Source: Oceanispirochaeta sp.
Lineage (GTDB): Bacteria > Spirochaetota > Spirochaetia > DSM-2461
Assembly: GCA_963666275.2 (NCBI GenBank)
Contig: CAXXOA010000002.1
Location: 256,001-320,000, forward strand
Direction: 5' to 3'
DNA: 64,000 nucleotides
Shown here in pieces: positions 51,112 through 60,719 of this stretch. Under the pieces are notes generated by a model. It saw only the letters and a list, made by a program, of their open reading frames with translations. It was not told the DNA's origin and did not search any database. The position numbers and the translations under genes were made by a program. Numbering within the stretch: the first letter of the stretch is position 1; every line of letters begins with the position of its first letter.

Positions 51112-51795
51112 CTATTCAATTGTAATTTCCAGAGTCCCGAACAAATCAGCCGAGGCAGAAGAGGAACCATCCTCCCTGGAGGAACTCAGACCGTCATCGT
51201 CACCGGTCTCTTCTCCGGCGGTGGTGGAGGGCGAAACCGAAGCGTCCTGCCTTCTGGCCGCTGCCGGATCGGTGGGATCCTCCCCTTCGGGGGATTCAGA
51301 TTTTCCGCCGGCAGGAACATTCACTTTTGTTCCTTTGGAACCGGTAAAATCCACACTCCCCTCGAGCACTTCGAGCCTGAGTCCGTCAAACGTAAAAGAG
51401 GTTCCCCTTACAGCAGCGGTAGCCACAGGGCTTCTCACCTGAAAATCATTGACAAGCGAACCGCTTCTTCTGACATCTGCCCTGATCCTTCCCGCTCCGA
51501 GAAACAGCTTGGTGGTAGTGGTATCTTCAGTGGTCACCAGCTCCTGCACAGTCATCCTTGTGAGAGGCTTCACTGTAATCGTGGCGTTATCCATCTCCAC
51601 TTTCGCTTCCGAACCGAAGCCCGTGGAAATTTTGGTATTCATGGGAAGATCCATCCCGTTTACAGCAGTTCTCCAGGAAGCTCCGGGCTCCTGAATTTCC
51701 ACCTTTCCCGAAATAGACTGAATTGTCACAACCTCCGCACTCAGCAGGGTTGTGATAAGAAACAATGCAGAAAATGTTAAAAGCCTTTTAAACAT
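51112..51795 (-). CDS. Secreted FecR-domain protein
   Basis: Signal peptide; ISTGFGS, SPVATAAVRGTSF, VLEGSV; acidic linker and terminal LEITIE. Confidence 0.88.
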   Translation of the reverse strand: MFKRLLTFSALFLITTLLSAEVVTIQSISGKVEIQEPGASWRTAVNGMDLPMNTKISTGFGSEAKVEMDNATITVKPLTRMTVQELVTTEDTTTTKLFLGAGRIRADVRRSGSLVNDFQVRSPVATAAVRGTSFTFDGLRLEVLEGSVDFTGSKGTKVNVPAGGKSESPEGEDPTDPAAARRQDASVSPSTTAGEETGDDDGLSSSREDGSSSASADLFGTLEITIE

Positions 51796-51806
51796 AATGA
51801 GGCCTC

Positions 51807-53084
51807 CTAAAAACTGAAAGAGACGTATGCTCCGGATCGAAACCTTACGTCCTTATCTTCAAATATATCTCCATTCGGGAGAAAAACACCGTTTGAGAGG
51901 GACATTCCCAGATCTGAGAGAGGACGCCAGTTGAGAATAAGATCAATCTCTTCTCCCAGATAGAGGCTTCCTCCCGCATCTTCCCCAATGGAACCGTCAG
52001 AAACCGGACCGTCCACAGCGCGGAAAAAAGTAATGCTGGCAAGCTCAACCTGAAGCGATTCCAGGGGTTTTGCGGAAACCCGGAAATCACTGTACATGAG
52101 GTTGCCTGTCTTTAAAGTATAGACAAATCCTTTGGAAGAATTTGATACAGGAGAGAATCTGTACAGGTTATCCGTATCGCCCAGGGAGTAACCCATATAA
52201 TCCCCTCTGTCCTTCCAGGAATCTCCCGAGGTATAGGCCATTTCAAGAGAGGCTCTGGGTTTCATCGGCAGTGAGGGATAGTACTCCAGCAGCCCTTTTC
52301 CCATCCCGGCTATAACCATATAGGATTCAGAGGGTTCGGGAATACTGTACTGCCCGAGCTGCGCACCGCCTTCTACAGAGAAGAACAGTTCCGAGCCGAT
52401 GCGGCCTTCTGCACCGGCAAGGGCATACTGGCTGTGAAAAGTCCCCGTCCCGGGGGTATAGTCCTCAATGAACGACTCCTGTCTCAGATCTTCCTGCCCC
52501 ACCAGGGAAAGTGTCAGGACGACACCGGAGGAGAGGCCGGAATACTTCATATTGAGAGCCTGTATCAGACGGGGGGGAGCCAGAATACCATCCTCATCCT
52601 GTTTTTCATAATCATCCGAAGGGGTCATCAGGATATTGGAATTATCAATGAAAACGAGCCCTGTATAACCTGCCGTAAAACTGAAAAGGAACGGAGCTTC
52701 TGAGAGAGTGTAACGGAATCCGTCGGCCACCGAGTCCAGAACTGTTCCGTGGCTGTCCCTCATCTGAAACCGTCCCAAGGTATAGTCTCCCCCCAGGAGC
52801 CTTGTATTCTTCCCACTCAGATACAGGGCAGTAAAGTCGGGAGAATGGAGGGTCTCCTCATTTTCATAACGGTAAAGATATCCCGCATCGGCATAAAGGG
52901 TTGTATTGGAAGAAATGAGGTATTTGCCCCAGAGAGTGATCTTGTCACCCTGTGTGAGAGTTTCCCCTTCCATGGTGGCACACTGGGTGACGTTTTCTAC
53001 TTTCCCCCCCCAGTCAAAAGACTGGCCGAACCCCCCGGCCAGAATTGAACCCAGAAAAAGGAGTGATATGATTCGTGTCTTCAT
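51807..53084 (-). CDS. Putative outer-membrane beta-barrel protein (alginate-export-like)
   Basis: Signal peptide, amphipathic strands, LGRF, YTSGD, LGEEIDL, C-terminal YVSFSF. Confidence 0.7.
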   Translation of the reverse strand: MKTRIISLLFLGSILAGGFGQSFDWGGKVENVTQCATMEGETLTQGDKITLWGKYLISSNTTLYADAGYLYRYENEETLHSPDFTALYLSGKNTRLLGGDYTLGRFQMRDSHGTVLDSVADGFRYTLSEAPFLFSFTAGYTGLVFIDNSNILMTPSDDYEKQDEDGILAPPRLIQALNMKYSGLSSGVVLTLSLVGQEDLRQESFIEDYTPGTGTFHSQYALAGAEGRIGSELFFSVEGGAQLGQYSIPEPSESYMVIAGMGKGLLEYYPSLPMKPRASLEMAYTSGDSWKDRGDYMGYSLGDTDNLYRFSPVSNSSKGFVYTLKTGNLMYSDFRVSAKPLESLQVELASITFFRAVDGPVSDGSIGEDAGGSLYLGEEIDLILNWRPLSDLGMSLSNGVFLPNGDIFEDKDVRFRSGAYVSFSF

Positions 53085-53530
53085 CAGAGTTCCTCCTCAG
53101 CCAGCAAAGCAAGAGCATTAAGGGCTTCAAATGGCTTCACCGCCCTTCCGGGGATAGAACTGCCGAGGATCCATTTCCGATAGGAGATCTCCCTGGCAGC
53201 ATAGCGCGGCCCCGGGATTAGGGTATACATAATACCTCCGCTCAGATTAAAACCTTTCATGATAAGAAAGGAGAATTCCCCGTAGCTCACAGGCCGTTCA
53301 GGATCCAGACTGGAAAATTTACTGTCCAGCCCCTCCGATTCAATCCAGGACAGGGCATCATCAATTCCCGCTTCCGGGGAAATCTGGCCCGATGCGGCAA
53401 GGACCAGATACGCACTCGTCCCCAGATCCGCCTCTTCTTTAGCCAGAAAACTGTCCATCATTTCATTGGACTGAGCCGCGAGAGGGAACAGGGATATAAG
53501 TAAAATAGTCTTTATTATTAATCTATACAT
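53084..53530 (-). CDS. Small exported protein with SLH-like helices
   Basis: Signal peptide LAAQSN; PERPVSYGEFSFLI, GGIMY..PGPRYAARE. Confidence 0.65.
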   Translation of the reverse strand: MYRLIIKTILLISLFPLAAQSNEMMDSFLAKEEADLGTSAYLVLAASGQISPEAGIDDALSWIESEGLDSKFSSLDPERPVSYGEFSFLIMKGFNLSGGIMYTLIPGPRYAAREISYRKWILGSSIPGRAVKPFEALNALALLAEEEL

Positions 53531-53696
53531 GAAATACTGATCTCCTGTAGTATTATACAGATAACAGTGTAATGAGACTAAGAGAAAACCACAATATTTT
53601 TTTGTAAAATGTTAAAAAGATTATAAAATTACAATCATTTTTGTAATAATTAGGCTCGGCTACTATAATATTCAAGAGACAACACGGGGGTACCAG

Positions 53697-56408
53697 ATGT
53701 TTAAAAAGTTAATTTCCCTGACAATATCGCTGCTGATCGGAACAGTTTTTTCCCTTCTCCTGCTTTCTGACGGGTACAGAAACCTTGAAAATAAAATGTA
53801 TGACCTTCTACTGCATATCAAACCCCAGGTGGAGGAGCAGGAGGAACTGCTTCTTGTCAATATCGATGACCTGACCATCAGCAATATCAATATGTATCCC
53901 ATCAGCCGGGATATTTTTGCCGACGGCCTGATTCTTATGAAGGAACTGGGAGCTGACTATGCGGTTCTGGATATTGAGTTCATAGACCGGAGCCCGGCAG
54001 GGATAAACAACAGGATACTGGAGGAGCAGATTCCGGATAAATTCTCCGAAGTCTTTCAGGATCTTTCTGATCAGCAGTATGCCCTGATCAATGCCATAAC
54101 ACAGGGGCAGATCCCCCAGAACGAGGTGGACCAGTACTTTGTCCAGCTCAGCGACTATGCGGATTCCAGAAAAAACGAACTCCTTCAGGAGGTCAACAGC
54201 ATCGCCAGAGACAATGATGCCTATCTGGGACAGGCGATCAGCTGGTTTGGAAACGTGATTGCCACAGTGAATATGATGGACTCCCCTGACGAGACAGTCC
54301 CGGAGGATCTGCGCGCCCTGGCCCGGGAGAAGGTATCTCTCAACAGGCTGACCTCGGGAGAAACGGGAATGTTTGATACTGCTGCTGAGATAAACCCGGC
54401 GATCCGCCCTGTCCTGGAAGGAGCCCTCAATGCAGGATTTCCCAGAGTAAAAATTGATTCAGACGGAGTCAGACGGCGGATTGATCTGATCTACAACCAC
54501 AACGGACAGCTCTATCCCCAGCTTGGATTTTCAGCCCTGCTGCAGAAAATGGATGTTCAGGGACTGGAACTGAGCCCTCAGGCGATTATCATGCAGAATG
54601 CACTTTCATACGAAGGGAACAGGGAAGACATCAGGATCCCCCTGGACAGCAATGGAAAGATGATGATCAACTGGCCTGCCAAAAACTATACAGAGAGCTT
54701 CCGTCATATCAGTTTCTATAAGCTTTACAATCATGACAGGCTCCTTTCCAACCTGATCTACAATCTGAAACTCATGGAATCCCAGGGGCTCCTGGAAGCG
54801 CCTTTCTATCAGGGAGAAACTCCTCTTCTGGCTTATTTCGATTATTCCGAATCCCTGAAAAATGAAAGGCTTCAGGATCCGGAAAGAGATATTATCGAGG
54901 AATATGTCAACATAAGGGAGATGTTCCTGCAGGAGACCGACGCCTTCCTGAACAGTGATGCGGAAAAGGTCATCCTTGAGGAACTGGAATACTACCTGAC
55001 CTTTTCCGATCTTTCCCCGGAGCAGCTGGATTATTTCAACGACCTGATCCGTCTTGTGCCCGAACTCTTCTCCGAAACCCGAACCGCTGTAGGCAGAATT
55101 CTGGATCTCAGGAGGGATTTGTCCGCCCAGCTGAAAGGCTCAACCTCTATCATCGGCTATTCCGGAACCTCTACCACTGATATCGGGGTGAACCCCTTTG
55201 AAGAAGAGTATATGAACATGGGGCTTTATGCGGCAGTAACAAACACCATCCTATCCGGACAGTTTCTGGATGAATCCCCCCTGTACATTCCCATTATACT
55301 GACTATTTTTCTGACGTTTCTGGCGGGAATCATTGTAGGCAGGCTCAACCCGACAGCGGGGATTCTCACCGGTGTCGGTATATTCCTTCTGACTGAAGCG
55401 GCCCTTACGGCCATTTTCCTCAGAACAGGGACATTTATTCCCATCCTCACACCGGGAATAAGCCTGATCCTTTCCTTTATCAGTACCATCAGTATCAATC
55501 TGCTGCAGGCATCCAAAGAGAAAGGGTTTATCCGCAATGCCTTTGCCCAGTACCTTTCCAATGATGTAATCAAAGACCTGCTGGATGACCCCTCCAAACT
55601 GCAGCTGGGAGGGGAAGAGAAGCATATGACAGCCATGTTTACAGACGTCAAAGGTTTCTCATCCATTTCGGAAAAGATGACACCCCAGAACCTTGTCTCC
55701 CTTCTGAATGAGTACCTCACGGAAATGAGCAATCTCATAATGAATGAGAAGGGAACCATAGATAAATACGAAGGGGACGCGATCATAGGTTTTTTCGGGG
55801 CACCCCAGACCTTTGAGGACCACGCCGTCCGGGCCTGCCGCTCTGCCATCAGGATGAAGAAAGCGGAAAAACTGCTGAATGAAAGAGTCATTGAACAGGG
55901 AAAAGCTCCCGGAGAACTGCTGACACGGATCGGTATCAATACGGGAGATATGGTTGTGGGCAATATGGGAACCCTTCAGAAGATGGATTATACCATGATG
56001 GGAAATGCCGTGAACCTGGCAGCCCGTCTGGAAGGTGTCAACAAACAGTACGGCACCTGGATTCTCATCAGTGACTCAACCTACAGGGAAACGGGAGAAC
56101 TGTTTACTGTAAGAAAGCTGGACAGGGTCCGGGTTGTGGGTATTGATCAGCCTGTCCGTCTCTATGAGCTGCTGGATGAAAAAGAACTGACCCAGGACCA
56201 CATCAGATTAGGGATGGAAGCCTTTCATTCTGCTCTGGATCTTTTCGAAAACAGAGAGTGGCAGGAGGCCTTTGAAATGTTCAAAAAAGTACAGGATCAC
56301 ATGACCGGAGATGCCACTTCGGAGATCTATATGAAGCGCTGTATTAAATTCATCAAGGAGCCTCCTCACAAGGACTGGGACGGAGTATTCAACCTTACCC
56401 AAAAATAG
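53697..56408 (+). CDS. CHASE2-domain class III adenylate cyclase
   Basis: LENKMYD, VNIDD, DSDGVRR, three TMs, FTDVKGFS, IDKYEGDAI, DYTMMGNAVNLAARLEG; helical C-terminal tail. Confidence 0.93.
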   Translation: MFKKLISLTISLLIGTVFSLLLLSDGYRNLENKMYDLLLHIKPQVEEQEELLLVNIDDLTISNINMYPISRDIFADGLILMKELGADYAVLDIEFIDRSPAGINNRILEEQIPDKFSEVFQDLSDQQYALINAITQGQIPQNEVDQYFVQLSDYADSRKNELLQEVNSIARDNDAYLGQAISWFGNVIATVNMMDSPDETVPEDLRALAREKVSLNRLTSGETGMFDTAAEINPAIRPVLEGALNAGFPRVKIDSDGVRRRIDLIYNHNGQLYPQLGFSALLQKMDVQGLELSPQAIIMQNALSYEGNREDIRIPLDSNGKMMINWPAKNYTESFRHISFYKLYNHDRLLSNLIYNLKLMESQGLLEAPFYQGETPLLAYFDYSESLKNERLQDPERDIIEEYVNIREMFLQETDAFLNSDAEKVILEELEYYLTFSDLSPEQLDYFNDLIRLVPELFSETRTAVGRILDLRRDLSAQLKGSTSIIGYSGTSTTDIGVNPFEEEYMNMGLYAAVTNTILSGQFLDESPLYIPIILTIFLTFLAGIIVGRLNPTAGILTGVGIFLLTEAALTAIFLRTGTFIPILTPGISLILSFISTISINLLQASKEKGFIRNAFAQYLSNDVIKDLLDDPSKLQLGGEEKHMTAMFTDVKGFSSISEKMTPQNLVSLLNEYLTEMSNLIMNEKGTIDKYEGDAIIGFFGAPQTFEDHAVRACRSAIRMKKAEKLLNERVIEQGKAPGELLTRIGINTGDMVVGNMGTLQKMDYTMMGNAVNLAARLEGVNKQYGTWILISDSTYRETGELFTVRKLDRVRVVGIDQPVRLYELLDEKELTQDHIRLGMEAFHSALDLFENREWQEAFEMFKKVQDHMTGDATSEIYMKRCIKFIKEPPHKDWDGVFNLTQK

Positions 56409-56461
56409 GTTTTTTTTCCTTATCAGACGCTTTTGATCCATGGATTCTCACTACTGAGGGC

Positions 56462-56491
56462 TTGTCACCCGGATGGAAATTCCACTATAGT
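56462..56491 (+). promoter_or_regulatory. oadGAB promoter
   Basis: TTGTCA-18-TATAGT. Confidence 0.55.
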
Positions 56492-56603
56492 TTACCTTGA
56501 ATCGGTAAATCCCGATCGATTCGAAAGTTATCTGACTCGTCTTCCATCCTGCCAGTTTAGGAGACAGGTCAATACAAATTAAAATTCACTCTGAGGAGCA
56601 TCT

Positions 56604-56831
56604 ATGATTAGTGGTCTTATAGTTACCATTGTCGGAATGTCCGTGGTGTTTCTGTTTCTGACTCTTTTGGTTGTCACAACAACAGCGATGTCCAAAATTG
56701 TTACGAAGTTTTTCCCTGAGCCGGAAAAGCCAGCCGCTCCCGCTGTCAGAAAATCCGCCACACCTGCTAATGCCAGCGCCGATGCAGAAATTGCCGCTGT
56801 AATCGCAGCAGTAAAAGCTCAAACCAAATAA
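56604..56831 (+). CDS. oadG: Oxaloacetate decarboxylase gamma subunit
   Basis: GMSVVFLFLTLL TM, Pro/Ala linker, EIAAVIAAV. Confidence 0.93.
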   Translation: MISGLIVTIVGMSVVFLFLTLLVVTTTAMSKIVTKFFPEPEKPAAPAVRKSATPANASADAEIAAVIAAVKAQTK

Positions 56832-56849
56832 AAAAAGAGGTTACATTCC

Positions 56850-58946
56850 ATGAAGAAACGCGTTAATTTTATGTGTACCGCTTTCCGTGACGGTTTTCAG
56901 TCCGTATACGGAGCCCGTGTATTAACAAAAGATTTCATGCCTGCTGTAGAAGCAGCATCGAAAGCAGGAATCAAACATTTTGAAGCCGGAGGCGGCGCCC
57001 GCTTTCAGGCTCCCATTTTCTACGGAAATGAATCTGCATTTGACATGATGGATGAATTCCGGAAAGCCGCCGGTCCCGATGCGGATCTGCAGACCCTGGC
57101 AAGAGGTGTGAATGTTGTAGGTCTCAGCTCTCAGTCCAGAGACATCATCAACCTGCATGCCAAAATGTTCAAAAAACACGGTATCACAACAATCCGTAAC
57201 TTTGATGCCCTCAACGACGTAAACAACCTGATCTACTCCGGTCAGTGTATTCATGACGCCGGTCTGAGACACGAAGTGGTAGTTACCATGATGGCTCTGC
57301 CTCCCGGAGCAACCGGTGCCCATGACAAAGATTTCTACATCTCTGTTCTGAAAAACATCCTGGATGCAGGCATCCCCTACGATTCAGTCTGTTTTAAAGA
57401 TGCATCAGGAACCACTACTCCTTCCGTTGTCGGAGAGACAATCAAAGCAGCCAGAGAGCTCCTTGGAAAAGACATGAACATTGTTTTCCACTCTCATGAA
57501 ACTGCGGGTGTTTCCATTCAGCAGTATGTAACTGCTCTGGAAGCCGGAGCCACCCAGGTGGATCTGTCTCTGTCTCCTGTATCAGGCGGAACCTGTCAGC
57601 CTGACCTTATGACTATGTGGCACGCGCTCAGAGGAACCGATTTCGATCTGGGAATCGATCCCGATGCCATTATGGAAGTGGAAGATATCTTCAAAGAGTG
57701 CATGGAAGATTACTTCCTGCCCCCCGAAGCAACAATGGTTAACCCCATCATCCCCTTCTCCCCCCTTCCCGGTGGAGCTCTGACAGCCAATACCCAGATG
57801 CTGAGAGACAACGGTCTGATGGACAAATTCCACGACATCACCAAAGCAATGGGTGAAGTTGTAATGAAGGGTGGTTACGGAACTTCTGTAACTCCCGTAT
57901 CCCAGTTCTACTTCCAGCAGGCATTCAATAACGTTATGTTCGGCCCCTGGAAAAAGATTGCCGAAGGTTACGGAAAAATGGTTCTCGGCTACTTTGGTAA
58001 AACTCCTGTTGAACCGGATGCCGAAATCAAAGCGATCTGTCAGGAACAGATGGGACTGGAACCCACTACTGAACTGGTAGTTGATATCAACGATAAAAAC
58101 CCCAAACTGGGAATTGAAGCCGCGAAGAAGATGCTCACTGACAACGGAATCACCGATCACAGTGACGAAAACATCTTTATCGCCGCCGCCTGTCAGGACA
58201 AGGGAATCATGTTCCTCAAAGGCGAAGCCAAGACAAACATCCGCAAGGAAGCCAAAAAAGCTGATGCCTCTGCAGAAGCGGCCGGTTACACTGTTACCGT
58301 CAACGGCAAACCCTACGGTGTTAAAATTGCAGGATCAACTGCTGTTGTTAACGGCGTAAGCTACAATATTGATGTTAAAGACGGTATTGATGCGGCTGTT
58401 GCTGCCGCTCCTGCCGCTACCGCACCCGCAGCTCCTGCCGGTCCCGCACAGTCTGTAAACGCTCCCATGCCCGGTCTGGTTCTGAGAATCCCCGTTTCCG
58501 TGGGAGACACTGTAACAGAAGGTCAGGAAGTGATTGTTCTGGAAGCCATGAAGATGGAAACTCCCGTTTCTTCTCCCGTTTCAGGAACTATTACAAAAAT
58601 CTCTGTTGCACAGGGAGACCAGGTGACTGCCGGTCAGATTCTGATTGAAATCGGAGGAGGCGCTGCCGCTCCTGTAGCTGCTGCTCCCGCTGCTGCTGCT
58701 CCTGCCGCACCTGCTGCCGCCCCCACCGGAGCTGCACAGTCTGTAACCGCACCCATGCCCGGCCTGGTTCTGAGAATCCCCGTTTCTGTAGGGACTGCTG
58801 TATCCGAAGGCGACGAGATTATTGTTCTGGAAGCTATGAAGATGGAGACTCCGGTTTCCTCACCCTATACAGGAACAATAACAAATATTGCTGTTGCCCA
58901 GGGTGACCAGGTAACTGCCGGACAGGTCCTGATTGAGATTGGTTAA
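56850..58946 (+). CDS. oadA: Oxaloacetate decarboxylase alpha subunit with two biotin-carrier domains
   Basis: FRDGFQS, FKDASG, HSH, PGG, VTPVSQ; two EAMKME motifs. Confidence 0.9.
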   Translation: MKKRVNFMCTAFRDGFQSVYGARVLTKDFMPAVEAASKAGIKHFEAGGGARFQAPIFYGNESAFDMMDEFRKAAGPDADLQTLARGVNVVGLSSQSRDIINLHAKMFKKHGITTIRNFDALNDVNNLIYSGQCIHDAGLRHEVVVTMMALPPGATGAHDKDFYISVLKNILDAGIPYDSVCFKDASGTTTPSVVGETIKAARELLGKDMNIVFHSHETAGVSIQQYVTALEAGATQVDLSLSPVSGGTCQPDLMTMWHALRGTDFDLGIDPDAIMEVEDIFKECMEDYFLPPEATMVNPIIPFSPLPGGALTANTQMLRDNGLMDKFHDITKAMGEVVMKGGYGTSVTPVSQFYFQQAFNNVMFGPWKKIAEGYGKMVLGYFGKTPVEPDAEIKAICQEQMGLEPTTELVVDINDKNPKLGIEAAKKMLTDNGITDHSDENIFIAAACQDKGIMFLKGEAKTNIRKEAKKADASAEAAGYTVTVNGKPYGVKIAGSTAVVNGVSYNIDVKDGIDAAVAAAPAATAPAAPAGPAQSVNAPMPGLVLRIPVSVGDTVTEGQEVIVLEAMKMETPVSSPVSGTITKISVAQGDQVTAGQILIEIGGGAAAPVAAAPAAAAPAAPAAAPTGAAQSVTAPMPGLVLRIPVSVGTAVSEGDEIIVLEAMKMETPVSSPYTGTITNIAVAQGDQVTAGQVLIEIG
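58446..58943 (+). repeat. Intragenic tandem duplication of the biotin-carrier domain (288-bp period)
   Basis: 58446-58655 and 58734-58943 both start GCACAGTCTGTAA and encode near-identical domains. Confidence 0.92.
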
Positions 58947-58959
58947 GGAGTAAGTATAT

Positions 58960-60189
58960 ATGACTTTTGGACAAACTATAGCAGCTTCCTTCCGTGAGCT
59001 CTGGCTGTCAACCGGTTTATTCGGTTTCCTGCAGACCGGCGGCTGGGGAAATGCTGTAATGATAATCATAGGGCTGATTCTGCTCTATCTGGCAATCAAA
59101 AAAGGTTTTGAACCGCTCCTTCTGATTCCCATCGGAATGGGTGCGATTCTGAGTAATATCCCTTTTGCGGAAATTGCCTCCCATACATCTCTGCACGGAG
59201 AATTTGTGGAAGGTGCCCTGCATCTTACAGAAGTTTCCGGCGGTTTTATCGGTATGTTCTACGATCTGGGTGTAACCAGCGGTCTCTTCCCCCTGATAAT
59301 TTTCATGGGTGTAGGAGCGATGACCGACTTCGGTCCTCTTCTGGCAAACCCCAAGACACTCCTCCTGGGAGCGTCTGCTCAGTTCGGTATTTTTATTGCC
59401 CTTCTGGGTGCTGTAGCCCTCGGTAAATACGTCCCCGGCATCACCTTCGACCTTTACGATGCTGCTGCAATCGGTATCATCGGCGGTGCAGACGGCCCCA
59501 CAGCTATTTATGTAGCTTCCCGTCTGTCTAAGGACCTGCTGGGAGCCATTGCTGTTGCGGCTTATTCGTACATGGCACTGGTGCCGATCATTCAGCCTCC
59601 CATCATGAAAGCTCTGACCACTGAGGAAGAGCGCAAAATCAAGATGGAACAGCTGAGACCTGTAACCAAAACCGAAAAAATCATCTTCCCGATTACTGTT
59701 CTGGCAGCCTGTATCATCCTGCTTCCCAGTGCAACACCTCTTCTGGGAGCCCTGATGTTCGGTAACCTTGTAAAAGAGTGCGGTGTAACCGACAGACTTT
59801 CTGATACCATGCAGAATGCCCTGATCAACATCGTAACGATTATGCTGGGTCTGGCAGTTGGATCTAAAATGCAGGCTGACAAATTCCTGAATGTGAATAC
59901 CCTCGGTATCCTCGCTCTGGGTCTTGTCGCTTTCTGTATCGGAACAGCTACCGGTGTAGGTCTTGCCAAACTGATGAACAAGCTGACCAAACACCCGATC
60001 AACCCCCTTATCGGATCTGCCGGCGTTTCGGCTGTTCCCATGGCTGCCCGTGTAGCCAACAAAGTGGGTCTTGAAGCCAACCCCAACAACTACCTGCTCA
60101 TGCATGCCATGGGCCCCAACGTTGCGGGAGTTATCGGATCTGCCGTAGCGGCCGGTGTACTTCTGGCTCTTGTTCCGGTTCTCGGATAA
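58960..60189 (+). CDS. oadB: Na+-translocating decarboxylase beta subunit
   Basis: [45 protein letters not shown]. Confidence 0.96.
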   Translation: MTFGQTIAASFRELWLSTGLFGFLQTGGWGNAVMIIIGLILLYLAIKKGFEPLLLIPIGMGAILSNIPFAEIASHTSLHGEFVEGALHLTEVSGGFIGMFYDLGVTSGLFPLIIFMGVGAMTDFGPLLANPKTLLLGASAQFGIFIALLGAVALGKYVPGITFDLYDAAAIGIIGGADGPTAIYVASRLSKDLLGAIAVAAYSYMALVPIIQPPIMKALTTEEERKIKMEQLRPVTKTEKIIFPITVLAACIILLPSATPLLGALMFGNLVKECGVTDRLSDTMQNALINIVTIMLGLAVGSKMQADKFLNVNTLGILALGLVAFCIGTATGVGLAKLMNKLTKHPINPLIGSAGVSAVPMAARVANKVGLEANPNNYLLMHAMGPNVAGVIGSAVAAGVLLALVPVLG

Positions 60190-60231
60190 CAGTTACAGAT
60201 TCAAAGATTTCGATCTTTTATCTTTAATACG

Positions 60232-60258
60232 AAGCCGTCCTTTCAGGGCGGCTTTTTT
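60232..60258 (+). terminator. Intrinsic terminator
   Basis: AAGCCGTCC/GGGCGGCTT plus T-run. Confidence 0.85.
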
Positions 60259-60346
60259 CTTCTCCATATCTTCACAGAAGATTCAGAGAGCCTTCTCCTG
60301 CTACTCGCATTTACAGAGGATAATGGCACAATAAGTTGAAGGTAAT

Positions 60347-60634
60347 ATGTTTCTATTTCATAAGAATCTGTTCTGGAAGTTGAATCAGTTTTTCGTCCTG
60401 CTGCTGTGGGTATATCTGCTTTACAACTCGTTAAACAGACTGGACTTTACAGAAAATACACTATTTCATATTTTTCTCATTTCCCACATTGGTCAGGGAA
60501 GTCTCCTGTCTTTCTCAGACCTTGGAGGTGTTTATTTTTCGAAGGGACAAAGAGCCATACTGATTCTGCTCTTCGGATATTCCTGGTGGCTGCCTCTCTA
60601 TCTGAAAAGAAAATTCAGCAGGAGTTCACTCTAA
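60347..60634 (+). CDS. Hypothetical small membrane protein
   Basis: 95 aa, hydrophobic, lies between two terminators, weak SD. Confidence 0.45.
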   Translation: MFLFHKNLFWKLNQFFVLLLWVYLLYNSLNRLDFTENTLFHIFLISHIGQGSLLSFSDLGGVYFSKGQRAILILLFGYSWWLPLYLKRKFSRSSL

Positions 60635-60659
60635 CTCTACCCCTTATTTTTCACAGCAC

Positions 60660-60690
60660 AAAAAAAGGGCTGCCTTCAAAAAGGCAGCCC
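60660..60690 (-). terminator. Intrinsic terminator of pck
   Basis: GGGCTGCCTT/AAGGCAGCCC with T-run on minus strand. Confidence 0.85.
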
Positions 60691-60719
60691 CCATTATTTA
60701 CAGTTCAGGAACTGAACTA

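Noticed and set aside
58390..58735. GCT/CCT-rich low-complexity tracts
   Set aside because: Encode Ala/Pro linkers; not an array or contingency locus.
59017..60105. 362-aa and 165-aa antisense ORFs
   Set aside because: Shadows of oadB.
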